This document shows positions 26,762-36,226 of a stretch of 64,000 bases of DNA, piece after piece. The position numbers and the translations under genes were made by a program. The stretch's first letter is position 1. Each line of letters starts with the position of its first letter. The notes under the pieces were generated by a model, which was not told where the DNA came from, searched no databases, and was given only the letters and a program-made list of their open reading frames with translations. Source of the stretch: an uncultured Bacteroidales bacterium (GTDB lineage Bacteria; Bacteroidota; Bacteroidia; Bacteroidales; WCHB1-69); the NCBI GenBank assembly GCA_946413585.1, contig CAMKLG010000008.1:7026-71025 (forward strand), given 5' to 3'.

Positions 26762-27898
26762 ATGGAATTTGAAGATATACGGCCTTATACGGATGCTGAA
26801 TTTAAGGAAGCCTACTATCGTCTGATGGACGACAAACGCTTTCAAGATGCTATACGTATCTGTTTGTCAGATTATTCCATTGAAGATTTCCGTCGCGACT
26901 TTGAACATTACAACACCATTGAAGAGGTGCAGGTGGTTTTCGACAAACGTTTCATGGATACTTTTTTAGGTCAGTCCTCCACTGGTGTGACCTTGACGGG
27001 AATTGAGAATATCGAAGCGGATAAAGCTTATATGTTCATCGGTAATCACCGCGATATCACGTTAGATCCGGCCATCTTGCAGTATTATTTCTTCATTGAG
27101 CATCGGAAAACTTCCCGTATCGCTATGGGTGACAATCTTTTCACCACGCCTTTGTTGGGTGAAATCGCGAAGTTGAACAAGATGATCAAGGTGAAACGAA
27201 ACGGCACTATGCGCGAAAAACTGCTCAATTCCAAACATTTAGCCGCTTATATTCAATACTCCCTCTTTGAAGAGAATGAATCCGTGTGGATTGCTCAACG
27301 CGACGGCCGTACCAAAGACGGTAACGACTACACCAAACAGGGACTTTTGAAGATGATCACCATGGGTAACGACAAGCATTTGGTGGAAACCATGCATAAG
27401 ATGAACCTCACGCCTGTGACGATTAACTACGAATACGAGCCCTGCGACAAGATGAAGGCTCGTGAATGTGCCCTCAGTGAAGCCGGTCCCTATCAAAAAC
27501 AGCCCGGTGAGGATTTCGCCAGCATCAAGCAAGGCATCTTCGGCCAAAAAGGTCGTATCTCCTTGCATATTGGAAAACCTCTTCAAGAGGAACTGGATAC
27601 AGTGCCTGAACAATTGAACAATAACGATAAGCTACATTTTGTATGCGAACTGATTGATAGACAGATATATCAGAACTATAAACTCTACCCTAACAACTAC
27701 ATGGCTCACGATTTATTGTACCACAATCAAGACTACTCCAATCAATACACTACTGAACAGATGACGAAATTCGAGCAATATTTGCAGATGCAATCCAAAA
27801 CATTGGATGTGCCTGAAGAGAAGATGCGTGAGAACCTTTTGAAAATATACGCAACCCCCGTAGATAATCATTTCAAAGCAATTTTAGAACAAAATTAA
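26762..27898 (+). CDS. Acyltransferase, PlsC/LPLAT-like family
   Basis: FIGNHRDITLDPAIL resembles the NHxxxxD acyltransferase block. I chose the start at MEFEDIRPY. The specific substrate is unknown. Confidence 0.55.
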   Translation: MEFEDIRPYTDAEFKEAYYRLMDDKRFQDAIRICLSDYSIEDFRRDFEHYNTIEEVQVVFDKRFMDTFLGQSSTGVTLTGIENIEADKAYMFIGNHRDITLDPAILQYYFFIEHRKTSRIAMGDNLFTTPLLGEIAKLNKMIKVKRNGTMREKLLNSKHLAAYIQYSLFEENESVWIAQRDGRTKDGNDYTKQGLLKMITMGNDKHLVETMHKMNLTPVTINYEYEPCDKMKARECALSEAGPYQKQPGEDFASIKQGIFGQKGRISLHIGKPLQEELDTVPEQLNNNDKLHFVCELIDRQIYQNYKLYPNNYMAHDLLYHNQDYSNQYTTEQMTKFEQYLQMQSKTLDVPEEKMRENLLKIYATPVDNHFKAILEQN

Positions 27899-27914
27899 TA
27901 TTTTTTAACGCAGT

Positions 27915-28925
27915 ATGGATGAGTTACAACCCCCGTCGCAACCGAAAATTTTAATTATCCGATTAAGTTCTATTGGAGACATAGTACTGACCACACCCGT
28001 CGTCAGAGCAGTAAATGAACAAATTCCAGAGGCTGAAGTTCATTTTCTAGTGCGCAAAGAGTATGTCTCCGTGATAGAAAACAACCCTCATATTCACAAA
28101 CTGCACACCTACGATCCCGATAATGTCCATCAGGTCATGGAAGAGCTACGCAATGAGCAGTTTGACGTGGTGATAGATTTGCAGAAGACATTCCGTTCCC
28201 GTCAGGTGGTGCGCCAACTGAAGTGTACCTCTTATACGTTCCAAAAGCACAATCTTTCCAAGTGGCTGTGCTATCGTTTGAAAATGAACGGACTGCCAGA
28301 AACGCACATCGTGGAACGCTATTTTGAAGCTGTAAAGATGCTGAACGTCCACAACGATCACAAAGGATTGGAATTTTACATTCCTGAGGATCAAGGGTTT
28401 GAAGAGGATGATCTTCCCATGTTGTTTGATGACGGTTTTGTAGCCATCGTGTTGGCCGCCCAACATTTCACCAAGCGCATTCCTGTATCAAAAGTGGTGG
28501 AAATCGGCAGCATCCTGCACAAGCCCATCATGCTTTTGGGCGGTAAGGATGTTTATGAAGAAGGCGAGCAAGTGGTGGCTCAGTTGGGGGATCGCGCAAC
28601 AAACGGCTGCGGCAAATACACCCTTTACCAATCAGCGGCAATCTTGCAACATGCTGATTGTGTGATCACTGGCGATACTGGACTGATGCACATCGCGGCG
28701 GCGCTGCACAAACCCACAGCAGTCATTTTCGGCTCCACCATCCCTGAATTCGGATGTTATCCCTATATGCCTGGCGAACGGTATCTCTTCCGCAACTTTG
28801 AAGTATGCCCGCTCCACTGTCGCCCATGTTCCAAACTCGGCAGCTCTAAATGCAAACACAAGCACTTCAAGTGCATGAACAACATTTCCGCAACAGATGT
28901 GGCGGAATGGGTAAACAAGTTTTAG
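27915..28925 (+). CDS. Glycosyltransferase family 9 (heptosyltransferase-like)
   Basis: KILIIRLSSIGDIVLTTPVVRAV is the GT9 N-terminal signature. ...ITGDTGLMHIAAAL... is also present. Confidence 0.8.
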   Translation: MDELQPPSQPKILIIRLSSIGDIVLTTPVVRAVNEQIPEAEVHFLVRKEYVSVIENNPHIHKLHTYDPDNVHQVMEELRNEQFDVVIDLQKTFRSRQVVRQLKCTSYTFQKHNLSKWLCYRLKMNGLPETHIVERYFEAVKMLNVHNDHKGLEFYIPEDQGFEEDDLPMLFDDGFVAIVLAAQHFTKRIPVSKVVEIGSILHKPIMLLGGKDVYEEGEQVVAQLGDRATNGCGKYTLYQSAAILQHADCVITGDTGLMHIAAALHKPTAVIFGSTIPEFGCYPYMPGERYLFRNFEVCPLHCRPCSKLGSSKCKHKHFKCMNNISATDVAEWVNKF

Positions 28926-28956
28926 GTTAAAGAGTTAAAGGTTAGAGGGTTAGAGA
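28926..28956. repeat. Short-word repeat spacer between convergent genes
   Basis: gttaaagagttaaaggttagagggttagaga. It has no C on the plus strand and no G on the minus strand. Confidence 0.7.
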
Positions 28957-29631
28957 TTAGGTTTTATGGAGGGTATGGACTTTGGCCATTCCGTTTTCTA
29001 CTGAAAATTTCACCTCATAGCCATCAAACGGGAACCCATAGATGCGGGTTTCGTCGTGGTGGTAGGCCGGGCGCGGGTCTTGCGCTAACACTGCCCGCAA
29101 TTTCTCCGCTTTTTCGGGTTTCAATCTTTTGATTATAGGCTCAGGAATATTAACAAGCAGCTGATAGTCTTCATGTTCCTGTGTAAACCCCTTGGATGCC
29201 TCTGGATGGCAATCGGTGGTGAGCAAATAGGGTTTAATATCGTAAATGGGGGTGCCGTCCATGAGGTCGGCTCCACCCACGAGAAGCGTAGGATTCTTTG
29301 GGTTGAAATCCGCCTCGATGAGTTCCACGCAAGAGAGACCGATGGGATTGGGGCGGAAGGGGGAGCGCGTGGCGAACACCCCCATGCGACGATTGCCACC
29401 GAGCCGCGGCGGTCGCACTGTTGGTGACCACTGCTCCTGATGTGCTTCCGAAAAATCCCAAATCAGCCACAGATAAGAGAATTCCTCGATGCCACGCAAC
29501 GCCTCCGCATTGCGGTACTCGGGCTCGAACACGACACGTGCACGCAACTCAGGAACCAATCCGCTCTGTCTCGGAATCCCAAACTTGGTAGGAAACTCGC
29601 TGTAAATGCGAGCAATCATTTTTATTTCCAT
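28957..29631 (-). CDS. trmO: tRNA (N6-threonylcarbamoyladenosine(37)-N6)-methyltransferase TrmO/TsaA family
   Basis: IARIYSEFPTKFGIPRQSGLV...SYLWLIWDF...RSPFRPNPIGLSCVEL are TsaA motifs. Confidence 0.85.
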   Translation of the reverse strand: MEIKMIARIYSEFPTKFGIPRQSGLVPELRARVVFEPEYRNAEALRGIEEFSYLWLIWDFSEAHQEQWSPTVRPPRLGGNRRMGVFATRSPFRPNPIGLSCVELIEADFNPKNPTLLVGGADLMDGTPIYDIKPYLLTTDCHPEASKGFTQEHEDYQLLVNIPEPIIKRLKPEKAEKLRAVLAQDPRPAYHHDETRIYGFPFDGYEVKFSVENGMAKVHTLHKT

Positions 29632-29645
29632 AATTCGTTATTATT

Positions 29646-29667
29646 AGCCCAGGGCGATAACCCTGGG
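29646..29667. repeat. Hairpin (8-bp stem) downstream of the MFS gene, followed by a second small hairpin at 29679-29691
   Basis: gcccaggg cgataa ccctgggc, and gccct tac agggc. Confidence 0.5.
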
Positions 29668-29717
29668 CTGACATACCTTGCCCTTACAGGGCGGATCAAG
29701 GAAAATGTTTTAACTCT

Positions 29718-30965
29718 TTATTTTCTCTCAATTTTGCACCCCACCGTAGCGAAAAACAGAATATAAGCATAGCTAACAAACAGAAGGGCATACGCGGCAT
29801 GAGGGTTCACGGCATCTGCAATTCTGCCATAAATCAGCGGCATGATAGCACCGCCAACAATGGCCATTACCATCAACGCGGAAGCGAATTCCGTGTGATC
29901 ACCCAAATCGTGGATGGCCAACGGCCAAATAGCCGGCCACATGATAGCGTGCGCAAAACTGAGACAAATAATGGCAATGATGGAAACGATGCCGTGTGTG
30001 GTCAACGCAACGATAACCAAGACAATGGCCAACAACAGCTGTATAATCAGCGCATTACGCTGGGAAATAAATTTCGGGACGAACAGAATGCCACAGAAAT
30101 AGCCTATCAACAACGCAATCAAGGCGTAGATGCCGAAATAGTGCGAAACAGACGTGGGAATGTCGTAATATTCACCGTAAGGAATCAACGTGTCGATAGC
30201 GATAACCTCAGCTCCGACATAGAAAAAGATGGCCAAAACGCCGAGCCACATATATGGGTAATTGAAAATGCTGGTTTTATGACCGTCAATCTTCTTTTCT
30301 TCCTCGACAATTTCTGGCAGATGAGCCGTTTTGATGAAGAGCACCAACGCGACAAGCACGGCGGTCATAATGAGATAAGGGATGATGACGCCGTTGGAAA
30401 GTTGTTGCAACATAGCCTCTTTTTCAGGACCAGGCTCTGCTACCTTGATACTCTCGATAAGTGCCTCTTTGCCACCGAACAGAGCATTGTAGAGAATCAG
30501 GATGCCGATCATACCGGCCACTTTGTTACAGATACCCATGATGCTCATACGCCGCGCCGCCGACTCAATCGGGCCGATGACCGTAACGAATGGGTTGCTG
30601 GCCGTCTGCAACAACGACAAACCGCTGCCTTGCAAGAACAAACCGAGCAGGAACATCGGATAACTGCGCATCATTGCCCCCGGAATGAACATCATGCAAC
30701 CGATAGCCATGATGACCAAACCTAATGCCATGCCGTTACCGTATCCCGTCCTTTTTAGCACAAAAGAAGAAGGAATCGACATCACAAAGTAGGCAATATA
30801 GAAGGCAAACGTCACCAGATAGCCCTGCACTTGCGTGGTCAACTCACAGGAAGTGCGCATGTAAGGAATTAAAATGTTGTTCAACCATGTCACGAAACCG
30901 AATACGAAAAAGAGCGATCCGATAACGAACATGCTATAAGCTGTACTTCTTTGTTTTTCTGCCAT
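29718..30965 (-). CDS. Sugar MFS transporter (FucP/GluP family)
   Basis: 12-TM profile. The N-terminus FVIGSLFFVFGFVTWLNNILIPYM is typical of glucose/galactose and fucose permeases. Confidence 0.8.
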   Translation of the reverse strand: MAEKQRSTAYSMFVIGSLFFVFGFVTWLNNILIPYMRTSCELTTQVQGYLVTFAFYIAYFVMSIPSSFVLKRTGYGNGMALGLVIMAIGCMMFIPGAMMRSYPMFLLGLFLQGSGLSLLQTASNPFVTVIGPIESAARRMSIMGICNKVAGMIGILILYNALFGGKEALIESIKVAEPGPEKEAMLQQLSNGVIIPYLIMTAVLVALVLFIKTAHLPEIVEEEKKIDGHKTSIFNYPYMWLGVLAIFFYVGAEVIAIDTLIPYGEYYDIPTSVSHYFGIYALIALLIGYFCGILFVPKFISQRNALIIQLLLAIVLVIVALTTHGIVSIIAIICLSFAHAIMWPAIWPLAIHDLGDHTEFASALMVMAIVGGAIMPLIYGRIADAVNPHAAYALLFVSYAYILFFATVGCKIERK

Positions 30966-30977
30966 AACGATTGGGAT

Positions 30978-31601
30978 TTACTTGATTACTTTCATCAATT
31001 CCGCCTTTTTGGCGTCATATTCTTCCTGAGTGATGATTTGGAGATCCAATTTCTCCTTCCATTTTTTCAACTCCTGCAAAGCAGCTTCGGAGGCCACATC
31101 TTCTTGATTGGCTTTAACGACAATCTCTTTTGTGGCAATTGCCTCCTCGAAATTGGTACAAGCCAAACCGCCACGGTTCAGCACGAGATAGATTTTGCAA
31201 CCGGATGTCATTTTGTTGAAACCATCAACCGGCAAACATTGGATTTTCTTGATCGTGGCCACGCCGCCGGCACGGTTTTCCACACGCTCCGCAGCCTCCC
31301 GATCAGCTCGACGATCTGCGGAAGAGGCATTTTCGTCTTCCGCGAAGGCATTCACCCAACTGCCTGTAACATCCTTAAAATAAAGATAATACTTACCATT
31401 TGTAGGATAACCGTAGGTGATGGTAGAACCGATTGTATAGGTAACGCCATCGGAAGCCACATATGCCGTGATGTTATCACCAGCTTTTTTGCCTGTCAAT
31501 TCCTTGGCCGACTTCTGTTCCAAAATGTCCTGGTAAGTGACGGTTTGCGCATTTGCAAACAGACATAAACCTGCAAAAAGAAGGGTTAAAAACTTTTTCA
31601 T
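30978..31601 (-). CDS. Exported protein with a C-terminal SHOCT-like motif
   Basis: Signal peptide MKKFLTLLFAGLCLFANAQ. The C-terminus LQELKKWKEKLDLQIITQEEYDAKKAELMKVIK is SHOCT-like. Confidence 0.65.
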   Translation of the reverse strand: MKKFLTLLFAGLCLFANAQTVTYQDILEQKSAKELTGKKAGDNITAYVASDGVTYTIGSTITYGYPTNGKYYLYFKDVTGSWVNAFAEDENASSADRRADREAAERVENRAGGVATIKKIQCLPVDGFNKMTSGCKIYLVLNRGGLACTNFEEAIATKEIVVKANQEDVASEAALQELKKWKEKLDLQIITQEEYDAKKAELMKVIK

Positions 31602-31688
31602 AATTAGGATCTTTTATTAGTTACTTCTTCGCGCTGCCGTTATCTTGGTGCAAAATACGTTAAACATCAAGATTGGCAAACAAGGGCG

Positions 31689-31696
31689 CAAAAATA
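31689..31696 (-). promoter_or_regulatory. -7 box (TAnnTTTG)
   Basis: Plus strand caaaaata = TATTTTTG on the minus strand. Confidence 0.35.
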
Positions 31697-31786
31697 AAAA
31701 TAATTTCTATTAACCGGATGCAAAAATTCCTACAAGAAAAATGCTACCAATTCAAAGTTGAATTTGTTTATTTCAGAAAAAAAAAG

Positions 31787-31794
31787 TATTTTTG
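31787..31794 (+). promoter_or_regulatory. -7 box (TAnnTTTG)
   Basis: tatttttg lies about 45 nt upstream of the ATG at 31840. Confidence 0.45.
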
Positions 31795-31839
31795 CAGGAT
31801 AATTTGAATTTGGTATAAATGTTGACAAATCATTCAACA

Positions 31840-34473
31840 ATGAAAAAAATATTATGCCTTTTGGCCGTCGCTATGATTACATTCGGCGCAGTGGCACAAA
31901 AGGCAACTGTGAACGAGCGTACATTGACCAACACCCTCAAAGAGCTGAACTTTGAATTAATGTCTTTGTGTTATCAAATGCCTGAGACACAAAAGCTTTT
32001 CGATAATGAATACAAGCGGCAGCACCAACGGATGATTGATGTCATCACACGGACGAACGAGCTCTCCATACTTCTTTATTCACAGGAGCAGCAGCGAACG
32101 TTTGACATGGCATACGCCTTGAAGAAAGTAACGACCAGCTATAATGATTTCAATCAAGGCATGCGACCGTATGACCAAATCATCATCGACTTAAGTTTCG
32201 AAATAGAGCGTTATGCGCGCCTTATCGAGGCTCTCCGTCGTCTTCCTCCTGAAATGAAAGAAATAGAAATAGAGATCGTGCCTGACAGCCTGCTATACCA
32301 TAATGATTCGCTAGATACTAATCTGCTGTACAACGAATCCTCCTTGGAAAGGGAAATTATCCAGATAGCCATTAAGGATAGTCTCAGGGCACCTTTTGTG
32401 CTAGACGAGGCGGGGGAACTGTACCGCGATTCTTGTATCATCTATGCCTCCAAACTGCTGAAAATGTACGCGGGGAACCGTGAAGCAGTCGTGGCCGACA
32501 GCACACACTATAGACAAGCTTTCCTACGCACAAAAGAGGCCTACGATTACGCTGAAGCCCAATACACCATACTGGACAAATACGTTTTTGAGGTTGGACA
32601 AACGCCTTATTGGGAAATTCTCCCCGACTTAGGATCCTATTGGAAAAAGATGAAGAAAGTAATGCGCAATGAGTACGATTTTGATGCATTAAATAAGGCG
32701 AAAGAGGAAGACACGAACTATTACAACAAGGTCTCCGGACGGGCGGAAAAAGCCTTTTCGGTGATTGCCTGCACCTGGCAATTGGGCACACTTTTTATAG
32801 TATGGATCTTTATATTCGGAATCCTTTGGTTGATAAAACGTTATACCAAGTTCAAGAAAGTCATCCTACAAAAATCATTGCCGCTGTTTTCCATATTAGT
32901 GAGCACCATCTTGTATTTCCTGACGTTCGGCTATTTTTGGGAAGGAAGCGAGTATGTGCATTACGGCGTGAAAAACATCAATACTTTCCTTTGGCTGCTT
33001 GCAGCTATTTCCGCCTCCTTGATGCTTCGAGTCGAATCAGACCAAATTCGCCACGGCATCAGTCTCTATATTCCCACCATTCTGCTGGCACTGTTCATCA
33101 TCATCTGCAGGAACACCTTTATTCCGGACATTCTGCTGAACATTGTGTTTACGCCTGTTCTGCTGGTTGCGGTACTGGGACAATTGTTCGTTTGCTTGTT
33201 AAAGCAAGGCAAAGCTACGCGAACAGACTCTATTCTGGGCTGGATCTCCTTGGGCATTTACAGTTTCTCTTTGCTTCTTTCGTTCTTCGGCTTTATTTTT
33301 AATGCCTTGGTTCTCTTGGTTTGGTGGTATTTCATGCTGGTGAGTCTGTCAACCATCTATTGTATCTCGGATTTGATGGACCGCTACAAGGAAAAAAGAC
33401 TGAACGAGCGTATAGAGGAGAAACGAAAACACAACGCATACGTGTATGGTGAAGACCGCGACATTTTGCTCTTCAGTGTCACTTGGTTCCATGACCTCAT
33501 CAAACAGGTCGTTGTTCCCGTCTTGGTGTTGTTCTCCATACCGTTCTTCATCCGTCTGTCTTTGGACATGTTTGATTTCACGGATCTTTTCACGCGGTAC
33601 TACTATAATCCATTCTATCAGCTTACGGATGAGGCCACGGGTGTCTCCACGCTACGTGTGTCTGTCGGGAGCATTGTCTATCTGCTGATGCTGCTCTTCA
33701 TATTCCGTTACATCAATCGCGTCCTTCATGTCCTTTGGCACTACGTCCGATATACATCATTCATGCGCAAAAACAAACGCACCTACGTGCGCGCCAACGA
33801 AATCAACCTGTCCATCGGGAACAGTATCATCAGTGCGCTAGTTTGGATGATTTATACCATTGCGGTGGTGGGTGAATTGAAGATCCCTACCGGCTCTTTG
33901 GCTTTGGTTGCCGGCGGTTTGTCTGCCGGTATCGGTATTGCCCTCAAAGATATCATCAACAATTTCATCTATGGTATTCAACTGATGGGAGGGCGTCTGC
34001 GGGTCGGCGATTGGATCGAATGCGAAGGAGTGCGAGGAAGAGTTACCGGCATCAACTACCAATGCGTGCTGGTAGAGACCATCGAAGGCACTGAGATGTC
34101 TTTCCTGAATGCTTCCCTCTTTGGCCAGAATTTCAACAACCTGACCCGAAACAACTCGTATGAGTTAACCAAAATCATCGTCGGTGTGGAATATGGCACC
34201 GACGTGGAGAAAGTACGCGAAGTTCTGTTGGAAGCAATGAAAGAAATGGATACCAAAGACCAATATGGGCGCCACATTATAGATCCGAAGAGAGGCATTA
34301 TCATCATATTGGAAAACATGAGCGACAGTGCCGTGGATATTGCCGTGAAACAGTACGTGCTGGTTCCCGAAAGGATTCAATTCGTAGAACATTGCAAGGA
34401 AGTCGTCTATAAGGCTTTGAACAATGCGGGTATCACAATCGCTTTCCCGCAGTGCGATATACATATTAAATAA
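31840..34473 (+). CDS. Large mechanosensitive channel, MscS/MscK-like
   Basis: Signal peptide, a long periplasmic coiled region, multiple TM helices, and the MscS core ...IGIALKDIINNFIYGIQLMGGRLRVGDWIECEGVRGRVTGINYQCVLVETIEGTEMSFLNASL. I chose the start at MKKILCLL. Confidence 0.85.
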   Translation: MKKILCLLAVAMITFGAVAQKATVNERTLTNTLKELNFELMSLCYQMPETQKLFDNEYKRQHQRMIDVITRTNELSILLYSQEQQRTFDMAYALKKVTTSYNDFNQGMRPYDQIIIDLSFEIERYARLIEALRRLPPEMKEIEIEIVPDSLLYHNDSLDTNLLYNESSLEREIIQIAIKDSLRAPFVLDEAGELYRDSCIIYASKLLKMYAGNREAVVADSTHYRQAFLRTKEAYDYAEAQYTILDKYVFEVGQTPYWEILPDLGSYWKKMKKVMRNEYDFDALNKAKEEDTNYYNKVSGRAEKAFSVIACTWQLGTLFIVWIFIFGILWLIKRYTKFKKVILQKSLPLFSILVSTILYFLTFGYFWEGSEYVHYGVKNINTFLWLLAAISASLMLRVESDQIRHGISLYIPTILLALFIIICRNTFIPDILLNIVFTPVLLVAVLGQLFVCLLKQGKATRTDSILGWISLGIYSFSLLLSFFGFIFNALVLLVWWYFMLVSLSTIYCISDLMDRYKEKRLNERIEEKRKHNAYVYGEDRDILLFSVTWFHDLIKQVVVPVLVLFSIPFFIRLSLDMFDFTDLFTRYYYNPFYQLTDEATGVSTLRVSVGSIVYLLMLLFIFRYINRVLHVLWHYVRYTSFMRKNKRTYVRANEINLSIGNSIISALVWMIYTIAVVGELKIPTGSLALVAGGLSAGIGIALKDIINNFIYGIQLMGGRLRVGDWIECEGVRGRVTGINYQCVLVETIEGTEMSFLNASLFGQNFNNLTRNNSYELTKIIVGVEYGTDVEKVREVLLEAMKEMDTKDQYGRHIIDPKRGIIIILENMSDSAVDIAVKQYVLVPERIQFVEHCKEVVYKALNNAGITIAFPQCDIHIK

Positions 34474-34481
34474 CAAACATT

Positions 34482-35414
34482 ATGGATATAAGATTCAAAC
34501 AAAAAAGCAAAATAATAGATATTTCCATCGTATTGTTGGCCGGCATAGCTTCAGTCGGTATGATGATTTATGCAGTTTTCCATTTCGGGCTGAAGAATGC
34601 CTGGAATGAATTGATACTCAATATGTTCTATATGGCTTGTCTAGTAATGATTGCGATGTATTTCTTCAAGGTGGGTATCTCCACAAATCAGTTCAACTAC
34701 TGGTGCTCCGTGTGTGTGGGCATCACCGTATTGTTGCGCGACATTCTCTTTCCACCCCCACTGATTAATTACCCTCTCCATTTGGCTTGTATCACGCTCT
34801 CGGTAATACTGGTACTCATGCTCGTCTTCTTCTATTCGCGCAAGGATTGGAAAACATACTCTAAGCGCAACCTGTGGATGATTTGTATCGTAGATATGGT
34901 TCTTGCGATACTTTACCACATAGACATCATTTTGGAACCCACCGACGAATACACTGCTTTCTTGCTCACGGAAATCTGGATTCGTCCCACCATTACCTAC
35001 GGTCTGGTGGCCTGTTTCGTAAAGGAGGACGACATTCCCGAACAGCAAGTGCAAAGCACCGAGCTGATACGCACCAGTCAGAGTTGGGACGGCGTGGAGC
35101 TGCCCGACTATCTGCAAGGCCGCCCCGAATTGGTAGCCATAAAGTACGAGATTCCTGCCGGTCAAAAGTTGAGCTGGCACCACCATCCCGTGATGAATCA
35201 TGGCATACTGGTGCAAGGCGAACTGACCATCATCAGCGAGAACGGCAAAAACAAAGTGGTGCATGAAGGCGAGGCTATCGTGGAAATGGTGAATACCATC
35301 CACCATGGTGAGAACCGAGGCTCCAAGCCTGTCATCCTCTACATGTTCTATCTCTCGCAGGAAGGTCTGCCACTGTCCGTGCAACACCCCGACATACTGG
35401 AGGACGTAGTATAA
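34482..35414 (+). CDS. Membrane-anchored cupin-domain protein
   Basis: About 5 N-terminal TM helices. The C-terminus GQKLSWHHHPVMNHGILVQGELTII...GEAIVEMVNTIHHGENRG is a cupin metal-binding motif. Confidence 0.7.
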   Translation: MDIRFKQKSKIIDISIVLLAGIASVGMMIYAVFHFGLKNAWNELILNMFYMACLVMIAMYFFKVGISTNQFNYWCSVCVGITVLLRDILFPPPLINYPLHLACITLSVILVLMLVFFYSRKDWKTYSKRNLWMICIVDMVLAILYHIDIILEPTDEYTAFLLTEIWIRPTITYGLVACFVKEDDIPEQQVQSTELIRTSQSWDGVELPDYLQGRPELVAIKYEIPAGQKLSWHHHPVMNHGILVQGELTIISENGKNKVVHEGEAIVEMVNTIHHGENRGSKPVILYMFYLSQEGLPLSVQHPDILEDVV

Positions 35415-35483
35415 TAACACCAACACAAAATGACAAAAGATGAATGATTAAATAAAATTTTTGGAGAAAACAGAAAGAATTGC

Positions 35484-35491
35484 TATCTTTG
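35484..35491 (+). promoter_or_regulatory. -7 box (TAnnTTTG) in front of the GNAT gene
   Basis: tatctttg lies about 60 nt upstream of the ATG at 35552. Confidence 0.4.
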
Positions 35492-35551
35492 CGCACCGAA
35501 AAGTGCACCTATAACAAGAAATTTTATAAAATTATTAAAAAAGGAGGAAAT

Positions 35552-36112
35552 ATGATTCTTAAAAAACTTACAGCTAATCATCCAGATATTCCCGCGCTCA
35601 AAAAATTGTATGAGGAAGCATTCCCCGAAAATGAGCGCCCTCTGAGCATAGACAATATACTTGCGTTCATGGATCAGATGCCATGCGATCTTCTCGGCGT
35701 TTATCCAGATGAAACTCCTGATGAATTTTCCGCATTTTTCTTTGGAATCAGGGGTGAATCCGGAGTTTATGGGGTCTATTTCGCAACTCGTCCGGACCTG
35801 CGTTCAACGGGTATCGGTGGCAAGGCATTCAAAGCTATCTTGGAATATTACGATGATGTGCCGTTCTGGTTCTCATACGAGAGTCCTTTTGAAGAAAGCG
35901 ATAACGCCGAACAGAGAGAACGCAGACGTAAATTTTATCTGAAGAACGGTTTTCATGAGACTGGGTGGTTCACGAAAATGAACGGCACCGAGTTTATCAT
36001 TGCCAGTTCCAAAAAAGAATTCGACAAGGAGGCGTTCGAAAAATTTATGGCTTCTATGCTGGCCGGGCTTTCTAACAACCAGCCTCTTCCGGAATTATAC
36101 AGACGCGATTAA
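35552..36112 (+). CDS. GNAT family N-acetyltransferase
   Basis: ...VYFATRPDLRSTGIGGKAFKAILEYY...FYLKNGFHETG are GNAT motif A/B. It is preceded by aaggaggaaat ATG, a strong SD that is unusual in this window. Confidence 0.75.
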   Translation: MILKKLTANHPDIPALKKLYEEAFPENERPLSIDNILAFMDQMPCDLLGVYPDETPDEFSAFFFGIRGESGVYGVYFATRPDLRSTGIGGKAFKAILEYYDDVPFWFSYESPFEESDNAEQRERRRKFYLKNGFHETGWFTKMNGTEFIIASSKKEFDKEAFEKFMASMLAGLSNNQPLPELYRRD

Positions 36113-36182
36113 TATCGGGAAGGTCGCACAGGCCAACATCATCGCCACCATCGTTTATGGCGAAGAAGTCTATAAGGCATAG
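36110..36182 (+). pseudogene. 3'-terminal relic of a third amidohydrolase gene (AH2 type)
   Basis: It translates to GKVAQANIIATIVYGEEVYKA*. The AH2 C-terminus at 42794-42857 reads EKVAQANIVATIVDGEEVYKASR*, and the DNA is clearly alignable. Confidence 0.75.
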
Positions 36183-36226
36183 TTCTTAAGAAAAATAAAG
36201 CATAAAACACTTAAAAACAAAGCAAA

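Noticed and set aside
29799-30725. 308-aa plus-strand ORF opposite the MFS transporter
   Set aside because: The minus strand gives a clean 12-TM sugar permease. The plus-strand product is H/R/D/N-rich nonsense.
30951-31568. 205-aa plus-strand ORF opposite the SHOCT-like gene
   Set aside because: The minus-strand product has a signal peptide, an upstream promoter box and a SHOCT-like C-terminus. The plus-strand product has none of these.
34641-35426. 261-aa antisense ORF over the cupin gene
   Set aside because: The cupin metal-binding motifs are on the plus strand. The antisense product is H/V/L-rich and motif-free.
36000-36182. 60-aa track ORF spanning the GNAT 3' end and the spacer
   Set aside because: Its first two-thirds is an alternate frame of the GNAT gene. 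Only its last ~22 codons are meaningful, as an amidohydrolase C-terminal relic (reported as a pseudogene fragment).
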